A stretch of 64,000 nt of DNA from positions 341,200 to 405,199 of the forward strand of contig JAMCRP010000001.1 in NCBI GenBank assembly GCA_023380635.1, read 5' to 3'. Position 1 is the stretch's first letter. Each line of letters opens with the position of its first letter. The notes under the pieces were generated by a model, which had not been told where the DNA came from, ran no database searches, and saw only the letters and a list, made by a program, of their open reading frames with translations. The position numbers and the translations under genes were made by a program. The DNA is from Patescibacteria group bacterium (GTDB lineage: Bacteria > Patescibacteriota > Microgenomatia > JAMCZE01). This document shows, piece after piece, positions 10,379-19,910 of the stretch.

Positions 10379-12625
10379 ATGAAAAAAAGTATCACGAAAA
10401 AGATTGAAGTCGCAGGACGCGAACTCTCTTTCGAAATTAATAAAGTGGCACCACAAGCTAACGCGTCGGTGATCGCCCGCTATGGCGATACTGAGGTTTT
10501 AGCCACTGTTATGCTTGGCGCCGAAAAAGCTTACAGTGATGGCGGAGCTCCGGTTACCGTCGATTTTGTGGAAAGGCTTTACGCCGGCGGCATCATTAAG
10601 GGTTCCCGCTGGGTCAAACGCGAAGGCCGCCCGACCGATGAGGCCATTTTAACCAACCGGTTGATTGACCGCTCCATTCGCCCGCTCTTCCCTAAAGACA
10701 TGGCTAACGAAGTTCAGATTATTGTGACTTTGCTTTCCACCGACAACGCCAACGATCATGATGTTTTGGCTTTAAATGCGGTCTCTATGGCTTTGGCTGT
10801 TTCCAACATTCCCTGGAACGGGCCGGTCGCGGCTGTCCGGATGGGATATGTTTCCAAAGATGATGCCGGGTATGTGGTTAATCCTCTGACCCCGGAAATG
10901 GAATTTTCTGATTTAGATTTGGTCGTTTCTTCCAGCGCCGACGGCGTCATTATGATTGAAGCCGGAGCCAAGCAGCTGCCGGAAGACAAAGCTAATACTG
11001 CCGTGGAAAAAGCCCTGGAAGAAGACCAAAAAATTGTGGAGTTTATTAAAGATATCCAAAAAGAAGCCGGCCAGGATAAATATCCCTACAAATCCATAGC
11101 TTTGGACGAGGACCTGATCCACGAAATTGAAAAAAAGCATGGCAAAGAAATTGAAGAGTTTGTCGAAATCAAAAGCCCGGAGAGTAAGATGGACGGCTCG
11201 AGAGTGGAAGAATATAAAAAGGCTTTAACTGAAGAGTACGCGGAAAATCCTAACAAAAACCAGATTCCCCAAATTGTCGATTATCTGTTTAAAAAAGCTT
11301 TGCGCAAAAAGACCCTGGAAACCAAAAAACGGGTTGACGGCCGGAAATTCGCGGATATCCGCCCGATTTCTGCCGAAGTAGGACTGCTTCCCCGCACCCA
11401 CGGTTCCGGCTTATTCCAAAGAGGCTTAACCCAAGTGCTCTCCGTGGTCACTTTGGCAAATCCTTCTCTGGAACAATGGATTGAGACGGCGGAAGGCATG
11501 GAAGAAAAAAGATACATTCATCACTATAATGCCCCGCCGTATTCTTCCGGTGAAGTGGGCCGCATTGGCGGTTTAGGCCGGCGGGAAATTGGCCACGGTG
11601 CCCTCGCTGAAAGAGCTTTGGAACCGGTCATCCCGACTGAGGAACAATTCCCTTACACCATCCGCGTGGTTTCTGAAGTCTTGTCACAAAACGGCTCGAG
11701 TTCTATGGGTTCGACCTGCGGCTCAACTTTGGCTCTGATGGATGCGGGTGTACCGATTTTGGCTCCCGTTTCAGGCGTGGCCATGGGTCTGATTGCCGAA
11801 AGCACGAGTGAATATGCGATTTTAACCGACCTGCGCGGTGAAGAAGATTTTTACGGCAACATGGATTTTAAGGTTGCCGGAACCGAAACAGGCATTACTG
11901 CCATTCAGTTGGACATTAAATTAAATGATAAATTCCGCGGCTTGACCATGAAAATGGTTAAGGAAATTTTGGCTCAAGCCCGCGAAGGCCGGCTGGAAAT
12001 CTTAAAGAAAATGCTCGTGGTAATTCCGGAAAGCCGTAAAGCGGTCAGCCAATACGCGCCGAAAGTGGTCACGATGAAAATCCCGGTAGACAAAATCGGG
12101 GAAGTCATTGGCCCGGGCGGCAAAAACATCAAAAACATTATCGCGACAACCGGCGCCGCCGTGGACATTGAGGATGACGGCACGGTGACCATTTCCGCCA
12201 TCGATGAAGCTGCCGTCGAACAGGCCAGAGCCTGGATTGACGGTCAAACAAGGGAACTGCAACCCGGCGAAGAATTTGAAGGCGAAGTAAAACGCATTTT
12301 ACCGTTTGGCGCTTTTGTCGAAGTTTTGCCCGGCAAAGAGGGTCTGGTTCATGTTTCGAGAATGACTTCCGGTTATGTGGGCAACCCGGAAGAAGTGGTC
12401 CACATTGGCCAGAAAGTGAAAGTCCGGGTCATGGAAATTGACGAAATGGGCCGGCTTAACCTGGCTATGTACTGGGGCCCGAAAGACGAAAACGCTCAAC
12501 CGCCAATGGGCCAGCAACCGGGTGGCTTCCGACCACGCGGCGGTTTTAGCGGACCAAGACGCAGTGGCTTCGGCGGCAGAGGCGGCTTTGACAGAAATCG
12601 CGGCGGAAGACGAGACCGATATTAA
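10379..12625 (+). CDS. pnp: Polyribonucleotide nucleotidyltransferase (PNPase)
   Basis: RLIDRSIRPLFP, RREIGHGALAE, SQNGSSSM, MDFKVAGT, KH and S1 domains; RGG-rich tail. Confidence 0.98.
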   Translation: MKKSITKKIEVAGRELSFEINKVAPQANASVIARYGDTEVLATVMLGAEKAYSDGGAPVTVDFVERLYAGGIIKGSRWVKREGRPTDEAILTNRLIDRSIRPLFPKDMANEVQIIVTLLSTDNANDHDVLALNAVSMALAVSNIPWNGPVAAVRMGYVSKDDAGYVVNPLTPEMEFSDLDLVVSSSADGVIMIEAGAKQLPEDKANTAVEKALEEDQKIVEFIKDIQKEAGQDKYPYKSIALDEDLIHEIEKKHGKEIEEFVEIKSPESKMDGSRVEEYKKALTEEYAENPNKNQIPQIVDYLFKKALRKKTLETKKRVDGRKFADIRPISAEVGLLPRTHGSGLFQRGLTQVLSVVTLANPSLEQWIETAEGMEEKRYIHHYNAPPYSSGEVGRIGGLGRREIGHGALAERALEPVIPTEEQFPYTIRVVSEVLSQNGSSSMGSTCGSTLALMDAGVPILAPVSGVAMGLIAESTSEYAILTDLRGEEDFYGNMDFKVAGTETGITAIQLDIKLNDKFRGLTMKMVKEILAQAREGRLEILKKMLVVIPESRKAVSQYAPKVVTMKIPVDKIGEVIGPGGKNIKNIIATTGAAVDIEDDGTVTISAIDEAAVEQARAWIDGQTRELQPGEEFEGEVKRILPFGAFVEVLPGKEGLVHVSRMTSGYVGNPEEVVHIGQKVKVRVMEIDEMGRLNLAMYWGPKDENAQPPMGQQPGGFRPRGGFSGPRRSGFGGRGGFDRNRGGRRDRY

Positions 12626-12681
12626 ACCTTTCTTACTTCCTTCCTATTGCCCTATTAATGTTGTTATCTAATATTTTTCTC

Positions 12682-12861
12682 ATGGCTAAATACGGCAAGA
12701 AGGCGCAAAAAACCATTTCTAAGGTGATGCACCAGTATGGCTTGGGAGAACTGAAAATCGGCGGCCACAGCAACAAAAAGGTCAAAAGCCGTAAACAAGC
12801 CGTGGCCATAGGCATTTCCAAAGCCCGCGCCGAAGGCGACAAAGTCCCCCGGAAAAGATAG
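12682..12861 (+). CDS. Small basic protein (DUF6496-like)
   Basis: MAKYGKKAQK..KVM...GELK.G..KKVKSRKQAVAIGISKAR pattern; ATG 7 nt after TAATAT. Confidence 0.8.
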   Translation: MAKYGKKAQKTISKVMHQYGLGELKIGGHSNKKVKSRKQAVAIGISKARAEGDKVPRKR

Positions 12862-12886
12862 CGCTCCTTGATGATATACTGATTCT

Positions 12887-13918
12887 ATGGATAACCCTCA
12901 GACTGGAGAGATTGCTGTACTACAACAAAAGATAGGAAGCGTCCAACTACCGCCGGAGTTGCTGGAAAAAGCTAAAGGCATGGTCGAACGGCTCGACCGG
13001 ATCGCCAAAATGGGCGGAAATTATGTTGTGGAGTTTGATAACACCAACCGGTACATTGACTGGATCACTGCCCTGCCCTGGAACAAAAAATCAGACGACA
13101 TTCTCGATTTAAATCATGCTAAGGAATTACTAAACAAAAAACACTACGGCCTGCAAAGCGCCAAGGAAAGAATTTTAGAATATTTAGCCGTAAGAAAACT
13201 AAACCCTTCCGGCCGGGCGCCGATTATGGCTTTAATTGGTCTTGTTGGTACCGGCAAGACAACTTTAGCTTCTTCCGTGGCCGAAGCCATGGGACGCAAA
13301 TTTGAAAGAATTCCCTTTGGCGGCATTGGCGATGCGTTGTACCTGAGAGGACAATCAAGAGCCTACCCGGATGCCGAACCAGGAGCGATTATCAAAGCCC
13401 TGCGCCGGGCGGGCACCAAAAATCCCGTTATTTTACTTGATGAAATTGACCGCGTGGATGAGGCTGCCAGAGCTACAATTATGGGTGTATTAGTAGAACT
13501 ATTGGATCCCGGCCAAAATAGCGCCTACACGGACCATTTTCTCGATTACCCGTTTGATCTATCTGAAGTGCTTTTCATTGTGACCGCCAACAACTCGACG
13601 AATATTTCTACGGCAGTACTCGACAGACTAGAACTAATCTCTATGCCGTCGTACTCTGACGAAGAAAAAATCACTATTGGAAAAGATTTCGTCTTACCTA
13701 GAGCTTTGGAAGAAGCCAAACTGACTGCGGACAAACTTTCCATTGACCAGGCAGTTTGGCCCAAAATTGTCCGGCCGCTGGGTTTTGACGGCGGCATTCG
13801 GACTTTAGAGCGGACCATCAATAATATGGTTCGCAAAACCGCTTTACAAATAGTTTCGGGAGAAGTGCAGCAAGTAACTATTAATGAACAAAACCTGCCG
13901 CAATACCTGCCGCAATAA
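12887..13918 (+). CDS. Lon-type AAA+ ATPase lacking the N-terminal and protease domains
   Basis: YIDWITALPW, HYGL..AKERILEYLAV, Walker A GLVGTGKTT, Walker B NPVILLDEID, LLDPGQN..DHFLDYPFDLS, GIRTLER; ends before the protease domain. Confidence 0.9.
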   Translation: MDNPQTGEIAVLQQKIGSVQLPPELLEKAKGMVERLDRIAKMGGNYVVEFDNTNRYIDWITALPWNKKSDDILDLNHAKELLNKKHYGLQSAKERILEYLAVRKLNPSGRAPIMALIGLVGTGKTTLASSVAEAMGRKFERIPFGGIGDALYLRGQSRAYPDAEPGAIIKALRRAGTKNPVILLDEIDRVDEAARATIMGVLVELLDPGQNSAYTDHFLDYPFDLSEVLFIVTANNSTNISTAVLDRLELISMPSYSDEEKITIGKDFVLPRALEEAKLTADKLSIDQAVWPKIVRPLGFDGGIRTLERTINNMVRKTALQIVSGEVQQVTINEQNLPQYLPQ

Positions 13919-14553
13919 TGGATAAACAACAGAAACTAGAAGAAATAGCTAAAGAAATAGCTGCGACCAAAGGCGGACCGATGGAATCTTTTGGCAGTAA
14001 CCCGGTTCCCGGCGAGGGCAATCCGGACAGCGAAGTCCTGTTTATTGGGGAAGCTCCGGGCTTTCATGAAAACCAACAAAGACGGCCGTTTGTCGGCGTG
14101 TCAGGACAATTACTACGCAAGACCATGGCTGCCAACGGCTTTAACGAAAAAGATGTTTTTATTACCAATATTGTTAAGTTCCGGCCGCCGGAAAACCGCG
14201 ACCCGACTCCGCAGGAGATCGAGTATTTCCGGCCATTTCTTGATGAACAGATTGAAGTTATCGATCCAAAGTTTATCGTCACTCTGGGAAGATACTCGAT
14301 GTATAAATTCCTGGGGCAAGGAGCCAGCATCACCAGAATTCACGGCCAACCCAGGACTATAAAATGGAACGGCAAAACTCGTATAATATTCCCAATGTTC
14401 CATCCGGCCGCGGCCCTGCGCGATCCGCACGTGATGCAGACATTCAAAGACGATTTCGCCAAGCTAAAAGAGTTGGTAGACAAACACGAAGCGACACAAA
14501 AAACTGAAGCGAAGGAAGAGAAAAAAGATAGCGAGCAGCTCAAACTAGTCTAA
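13918..14553 (+). CDS. Uracil-DNA glycosylase, family 4-like, with no cysteines
   Basis: VPGEG, FIGEAPG..E...RPFVG, TNIVKFRPPENRDP, FHPAAALR. Confidence 0.93.
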   Translation: MDKQQKLEEIAKEIAATKGGPMESFGSNPVPGEGNPDSEVLFIGEAPGFHENQQRRPFVGVSGQLLRKTMAANGFNEKDVFITNIVKFRPPENRDPTPQEIEYFRPFLDEQIEVIDPKFIVTLGRYSMYKFLGQGASITRIHGQPRTIKWNGKTRIIFPMFHPAAALRDPHVMQTFKDDFAKLKELVDKHEATQKTEAKEEKKDSEQLKLV

Positions 14554-14556
14554 ATT

Positions 14557-14656
14557 AATAACCAAGAAACAAGAGACAAGAAACAAATCAAATTCAAATT
14601 ATTAAATATTAAATATTAGTTATTAGTTTGTATCTTGTTTCTTAATTATTAGAATT
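14557..14656. repeat. AT-rich 7-nt-unit imperfect palindrome (copy A)
   Basis: aataaccaagaaacaagagacaagaaacaaat ... tttgtatcttgtttcttaattattagaatt; related to 38682-38745. Confidence 0.8.
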
Positions 14657-14666
14657 TTTAAAGGAC

Positions 14667-16370
14667 ATGGCTTTTTTTAGCAGACCGAAACCAAAACAAC
14701 AAATGCAGACTTTCCAGGCTAAAGGCGAAAAACTGCGCATTATTTCCCTGGGCGGTGTCGATGTCACCAAAAACATGTATGTTTTTGAAACCGACCAGGA
14801 TATTATTATTGTCGATTGCGGTATCGCCTTTCCCGACGAAAATATGCCTGGGATCGATCTGATCATCCCCGACATCACCTACCTGAAGGATAAAAAGAAT
14901 AAGATCCGGGCGATGTTTTTAAGCCATGGCCACGAGGACCATCGCGGAGCCTTACCCTACATACTGCCGGAGTTACCACGAATTCCTATTTACGGCACAA
15001 AGTTAACCATCGGTCTTGCCCAGATTAAATGCGAAGAGGCCGGCATCAAGGCTGATTGGCGCGTTGCTGACTTAAAAAGTCCTATCCAGGCGGGCAGTTT
15101 TTCCGTCAGTTTTGTTCATGTCGCTCACTCAATTCCCGACTCCTCGAACCTGATTATTAAAACTCCGGCCGGTGTCGTCTATTACGGTTCTGATTTTAAG
15201 TTTGACTGGACCCCGGTTGACGGCTACCCAACGGAAGTGCAAAAGATTGCCAACGCCGGATATAACGGCGTGGAACTTTTAATGTCCGACTGCGTCCGGG
15301 TAGAAAAGTCCGGCTACACCCTCTCGGAACAAAAAATTGAGGAAACTTTTGAACAACAAATCCAAAAATGCCGGGGAAAGTTTTTTATTACAACAACATC
15401 ATCAAATATCAGCCGCATTCAACAGGCCGTCAATGTGGCCCAAAGACATAACCGCAAAATTGTTTTTGCCGGAAGAAGCATTGAACAAAACGCCGAGGTA
15501 GCCGTTCGCCTGGGCTATCTGACTTTGCCCAAAGACAAGATTATTCGGATTGAGGATGTTAGCCGCTATCCGGCAAACCAAATCATGGTTCTGGCGACCG
15601 GCTCTCAAGGACAGGACAATTCTGCTCTTTCTCGAATTGCCAACGGCGAACATAAGATAAAAATTAACGAAGGTGATGTGGTGGTCTTCTCTCAGGATCC
15701 GATTCCCGGCAGCGAATCGGCTGTCGACCAGCTGATTGACACCCTCATTAAAGCCGGAGCCGAAGTATATTATTCCGCCATCTTGGACGATGTCCATGTC
15801 TCCGGCCACGAAGCCGCGGACGGTTTGAAACTTATGCTTAATTTAGTCAAACCAAAATATGTCTGGCCAATTGGCGGCACCATTAGACATATTAAACACT
15901 ACGCCAAACTGGCGATCGATAGCGGCTATAAACCGGAACAGATTATTACTCCGTCCGAAGGCCAGATAGTTAACATCGAGAGTGGCAAAGCCAAAGTCGA
16001 CGGCTTTGTAGAAGTGAAAAATATTTTGATTGATGGTCTGGGCGTTGGTGATGTTGGCAATGTTGTTCTTCGCGACCGATTAACTATGTCCGCGGACGGA
16101 GTGGTTATGGTCATTGTGCCGGTAGAAAAAGCCACGGGCAAGATTGTGGGCAATGTGGATATTGTTTCCCGGGGATTTGTCTATATGAAAGAGTCAGATG
16201 AGCTAATCGGTGAAGCCAAACAAGTCGTCCGGGACACCCTCGCCGACCACCAAGGGCCCATGTCTGACTTCCGCTTTTTACGCCGACACATCACTGACCA
16301 TCTCGAGAAATTTCTCTTCGAAGCTACCCACCGCCGCCCCCTGATCCTTCCGGTAATTGTTGAAGTGTAA
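14667..16370 (+). CDS. rnj: Ribonuclease J
   Basis: SHGHEDH metallo-beta-lactamase motif, HSIPD, TGSQG, HVSGH, C-terminal RRPLILPV. Confidence 0.97.
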   Translation: MAFFSRPKPKQQMQTFQAKGEKLRIISLGGVDVTKNMYVFETDQDIIIVDCGIAFPDENMPGIDLIIPDITYLKDKKNKIRAMFLSHGHEDHRGALPYILPELPRIPIYGTKLTIGLAQIKCEEAGIKADWRVADLKSPIQAGSFSVSFVHVAHSIPDSSNLIIKTPAGVVYYGSDFKFDWTPVDGYPTEVQKIANAGYNGVELLMSDCVRVEKSGYTLSEQKIEETFEQQIQKCRGKFFITTTSSNISRIQQAVNVAQRHNRKIVFAGRSIEQNAEVAVRLGYLTLPKDKIIRIEDVSRYPANQIMVLATGSQGQDNSALSRIANGEHKIKINEGDVVVFSQDPIPGSESAVDQLIDTLIKAGAEVYYSAILDDVHVSGHEAADGLKLMLNLVKPKYVWPIGGTIRHIKHYAKLAIDSGYKPEQIITPSEGQIVNIESGKAKVDGFVEVKNILIDGLGVGDVGNVVLRDRLTMSADGVVMVIVPVEKATGKIVGNVDIVSRGFVYMKESDELIGEAKQVVRDTLADHQGPMSDFRFLRRHITDHLEKFLFEATHRRPLILPVIVEV

Positions 16371-16416
16371 AAATAGGCAGAGAAATGGTATATTGAAAGG
16401 GCATAATTTACTGCCT

Positions 16417-18570
16417 ATGAGCCGAAGGAGATCTCCGTTCAAGCTAAAACTTCGTAAACAGACAATCTATTCTATCGTTGCCCTGGGATTGTTCGGAACT
16501 GCGGTCTTAGTAGTTGTTTCCCTGATTCTTCCTGAGGGGAAAATTCTAAGCCGGATTAACGCTCTATTTTCGCTTTATTTTGGCTGGGGCCGGATTCTTT
16601 TAGTTTTTACTCTCCTGCAGCTGGCTTTAATGTTTGCCAAAATTAAAATTTCCCTGGCGAAGACCAATGCGGTTTTAGGATATTTCTTAATTGTCACCGC
16701 TCTTTTAGGCTTGTCACAATCGGGAAATTTTGGTACCAGTGTTTTTCAGACAATTTATACTCTCATTCCTCTAAGCATCATGGTCTTTTTCATCCTTTTG
16801 CTCTTAGCTCTTTTGGGCGCCACCATTCTTTTCCAACTTTCCTTTGGCGAAGTCGTCGAAATTATCGGCGATATCATTGGCGCCGTGGCCAAATTTTTCG
16901 CCCGGCCGGGCAAAAAACCCGCCCCGGTTTTTATTAAAGACAGTCAGGTTAAAGACCAGCCGGGAATTAATACTAAACCAGGCGCGCCGGCACCCACGCC
17001 GGCTCAGGGTCCAAAAATTAACACTCCACCGCCACTAACGGCCGCTGCTCAGCAACCGGAACGCATGATTCAAAATGCTCCTCCGACTGAAAACGGCGAA
17101 GCCAAAATCTGGGAATATCCGCCGCTGTCACTTTTATCCGACAGCGCCGGCGGCAAAGCTGACCGGGGAGACATTAAACACAACGCCACGGTTATCGAAA
17201 ACACTCTGGAGTCTTTTGGCATTACCGCCCATGTGGCCGAGGTCAATACCGGCCCGGCCGTCACCCAGTACGCCCTGGAAATTGCCCTGGGAACCAAATT
17301 ATCCAAGATTACCACGCTGCAAAATGATCTGGCTTTGGCTTTGGCAGCTCCGGGACAGTTGCGGATTGAAGCCCCGATTCCCGGCCGCAGCATGGTTGGG
17401 ATTGAAATCCCCAACCGTTCACCGGAGTTTGTCAGTATTCGAAAAATGCTGGAATCTGACGCCATGCAGCAGTCAAAGAGTAAATTGGCCGTTGCCTTGG
17501 GTCTGGATGTTTCCGGCAACCCCAAAGTAGCCGACATTGCCAAAATGCCGCATTTACTTATTGCCGGCTCTACCGGCAGCGGTAAATCGGTGGCCATTAA
17601 CGCTTTTCTCACTTCGCTTTTATACCGCAATTCTCCTTCGGAACTAAAACTGATTATGGTCGATCCGAAACGCGTGGAACTATCCTTATATAACGGTATT
17701 CCCCATCTGCTTACACCGGTTATTGTTGAAGTGGACAAGGTTCTGTCGGCTCTAAAGTGGGCGATTACCGAAATGGAGCGCCGGTATAAACTTTTCGCTT
17801 CAGTCGGTGTACGCAACTTGGAAGGTTACAACGAAATGGCCGGGTTCACCTCGCTACCGTACCTGGTAATTTTCATTGACGAGATGGCCGATGTTATGAT
17901 GTTTGCCCCGGTTGAGGTTGAAGATGCTATTTGCCGTCTGGCGCAAATGGCCCGGGCCACCGGAATTCACTTAGTTCTGTCCACCCAACGGCCAAGCGTT
18001 GATGTTTTAACCGGTTTAATAAAAGCCAATATTCCCGCCCGCATGGCCTTTAATGTGACCTCCATGATTGATTCACGGGTTATTATTGATACCCCCGGTG
18101 CGGAAAAATTACTGGGCAAAGGCGACATGCTCTATATTCCTCCGGATCAAAGCAAACCTAGCCGGATCCAGGGCGCGTTTGTTTCTGACGGTGAAGTTCA
18201 CAAGCTGGTTGATTGGCTCAAAAGCCGCGGTGAGCCGGTGCAATATACCGAAGAGGTTACTTCTATGCAGACAATCACTAAATCCGGACCGGGCGGCAAA
18301 CAAACAACCGCATCAGGAGGCGATCCTCTGGTCGATCAGGCAATCAGGATTGTTTGCCAGTATGACCGCGCTTCAGCGTCATTATTACAAAGAAAACTCT
18401 CCATCGGCTATGCCCGCGCCGCCCGCATCCTTGACACTTTGGAAGAATTAGGTATAGTGGGGCCGGGCGAAGGAAGTAAACCAAGAGATGTGTTGGTGAG
18501 AAACGCCGATGAATATTTCGCCAACCAAGGTCAAGCAACCACCACAGAGACTTCCTCCGAACCCGCTTAG
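16417..18570 (+). CDS. ftsK: DNA translocase FtsK/SpoIIIE
   Basis: N-terminal TM segments, MPHLLIAGSTGSGKS, IDEMAD, LSTQRPSVDV, gamma domain ASASLLQRKLSIGYARAAR; start moved to ATG 16417. Confidence 0.96.
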   Translation: MSRRRSPFKLKLRKQTIYSIVALGLFGTAVLVVVSLILPEGKILSRINALFSLYFGWGRILLVFTLLQLALMFAKIKISLAKTNAVLGYFLIVTALLGLSQSGNFGTSVFQTIYTLIPLSIMVFFILLLLALLGATILFQLSFGEVVEIIGDIIGAVAKFFARPGKKPAPVFIKDSQVKDQPGINTKPGAPAPTPAQGPKINTPPPLTAAAQQPERMIQNAPPTENGEAKIWEYPPLSLLSDSAGGKADRGDIKHNATVIENTLESFGITAHVAEVNTGPAVTQYALEIALGTKLSKITTLQNDLALALAAPGQLRIEAPIPGRSMVGIEIPNRSPEFVSIRKMLESDAMQQSKSKLAVALGLDVSGNPKVADIAKMPHLLIAGSTGSGKSVAINAFLTSLLYRNSPSELKLIMVDPKRVELSLYNGIPHLLTPVIVEVDKVLSALKWAITEMERRYKLFASVGVRNLEGYNEMAGFTSLPYLVIFIDEMADVMMFAPVEVEDAICRLAQMARATGIHLVLSTQRPSVDVLTGLIKANIPARMAFNVTSMIDSRVIIDTPGAEKLLGKGDMLYIPPDQSKPSRIQGAFVSDGEVHKLVDWLKSRGEPVQYTEEVTSMQTITKSGPGGKQTTASGGDPLVDQAIRIVCQYDRASASLLQRKLSIGYARAARILDTLEELGIVGPGEGSKPRDVLVRNADEYFANQGQATTTETSSEPA

Positions 18571-18582
18571 GAGATAACTTTT

Positions 18583-19215
18583 ATGACTACTGTTGGAGAC
18601 ATTCTGACTAATGCCCGTAACCGGAAAAAATTAACTTTAGAACAGGCGGAAAAAGCCACCAAAATCCGCCGGAAGTTTCTGGAAGCTCTGGAAAAAAACG
18701 AGTTCTCCAAACTGCCGCCGGGGACTTTTACTAAAGGCTTTATTAAAAATTACGCGGCTTTTTTAGGACTGTCCGTCGACGATACTCTGGCTTTCTACCG
18801 CCGCCAGGTTAACGAAGAAAAAATTTCCACCCTGCCAGTGAAAAATCCCGCTCCGCCGACGCCCAAGTCTCCTTTTTCTTCATTATCGTTTACCGGAGTC
18901 GGGGTCATGATCCTGGTAATTTTATTTTTTGTCTATTTGGTCTATTCCTACCTCAGTTTTGCCGGCTCTCCGGCCCTGGCTCTGGACACTCCGGCTAAAA
19001 ACGCCGTCGTTAACACCGACGAAATTGAAGTAACCGGAAAAACCGATCCCGACGCTACTTTAATGATTAATAATCAAGCCGTTAGTATTAACGAAAACGG
19101 AACTTTCAGCACTAAAATTGACTTGACACCCGGCCTCAACACCATTACTATTATTGCAAGCAACAAATTCCACCGGCAAACAACAATTACCCGGAATTTA
19201 CGCTTAGAAAAATGA
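18583..19215 (+). CDS. RodZ-like protein (XRE-type HTH, TM helix, Ig-like beta domain)
   Basis: VGDIL..AR..KKLTLE..EKATKIR..FLEALE...LP...FTKGFIKNYA; single TM; follows ftsK. Confidence 0.8.
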   Translation: MTTVGDILTNARNRKKLTLEQAEKATKIRRKFLEALEKNEFSKLPPGTFTKGFIKNYAAFLGLSVDDTLAFYRRQVNEEKISTLPVKNPAPPTPKSPFSSLSFTGVGVMILVILFFVYLVYSYLSFAGSPALALDTPAKNAVVNTDEIEVTGKTDPDATLMINNQAVSINENGTFSTKIDLTPGLNTITIIASNKFHRQTTITRNLRLEK

Positions 19216-19222
19216 ACTGCCT

Positions 19223-19489
19223 ATGGTAGACGCAACCCAATTTCTTCTCGTTTTTGTCATCGTCATCATTACCGTTATGCTTTCGATTATCTGCGTGCAG
19301 GTGTATTTTATCCTGCGAGAGTTTCGCCAAACCCTGACGAAAGCTAACAAAGTTCTGGACGATACTGGGGTTATTTCCGAGTCCGTCAGCAAACCGATAA
19401 GCACTTTATCAACAATGCTATTAGGTGTGAAAGGCGGATCAGCCATTGTTAAAGCTTTAACAGAGAAAAGACCGAAGGAGAAAGACTAA
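19223..19489 (+). CDS. Small single-TM hypothetical protein
   Basis: N-terminal hydrophobic helix then helical segment; packed in operon next to a YtxH-like gene. Confidence 0.75.
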   Translation: MVDATQFLLVFVIVIITVMLSIICVQVYFILREFRQTLTKANKVLDDTGVISESVSKPISTLSTMLLGVKGGSAIVKALTEKRPKEKD

Positions 19490-19490
19490 T

Positions 19491-19886
19491 ATGTCCGAAA
19501 ACAAAAGTAGCGGAGGCTTAATAACCGGCTTAGCCATCGGCGCGGCTCTTGGTGCCGGAATAACTTTTCTGTTCGGAACTAAAAAGGGCAAGGAAATCCG
19601 GGATAATGTCCGGGAAAAATATCCCGATTTTTTCGATCAACTGGAGGATGCTTTGGGAGATGTCCGGGAAAATCTCTCCGAAGAATATGAAACTGTCGTG
19701 GATGAAGTTCAGAAAGTTAAGGACGAAGTTTCCAGTATGACTATTGGTGAAGCTAGCGACGCCGCCAAAGATGCCGTCGTGGAGAAGGTGGACAAGCTCG
19801 GCGTAGCTGTCGCCTCGCTGGGCAAACAAATTGAAAAAGCTTCTGCTAAACCCCGTTTGTTTAAGGGTATAAAACGCCACAAATAG
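19491..19886 (+). CDS. YtxH-domain protein
   Basis: GLAIGAALGAGITFLFGTKKGKEIR motif followed by an acidic helical region. Confidence 0.8.
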   Translation: MSENKSSGGLITGLAIGAALGAGITFLFGTKKGKEIRDNVREKYPDFFDQLEDALGDVRENLSEEYETVVDEVQKVKDEVSSMTIGEASDAAKDAVVEKVDKLGVAVASLGKQIEKASAKPRLFKGIKRHK

Positions 19887-19910
19887 CCTCAATTCGTGTA
19901 TAATTGACTC

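Noticed and set aside
17070-17816. 248-aa minus-strand ORF and many similar ORFs overlapping dnaK, pnp, tuf, fusA and rpoBC
   Set aside because: Antisense or off-frame shadows of conserved genes, with no motifs or expression signals
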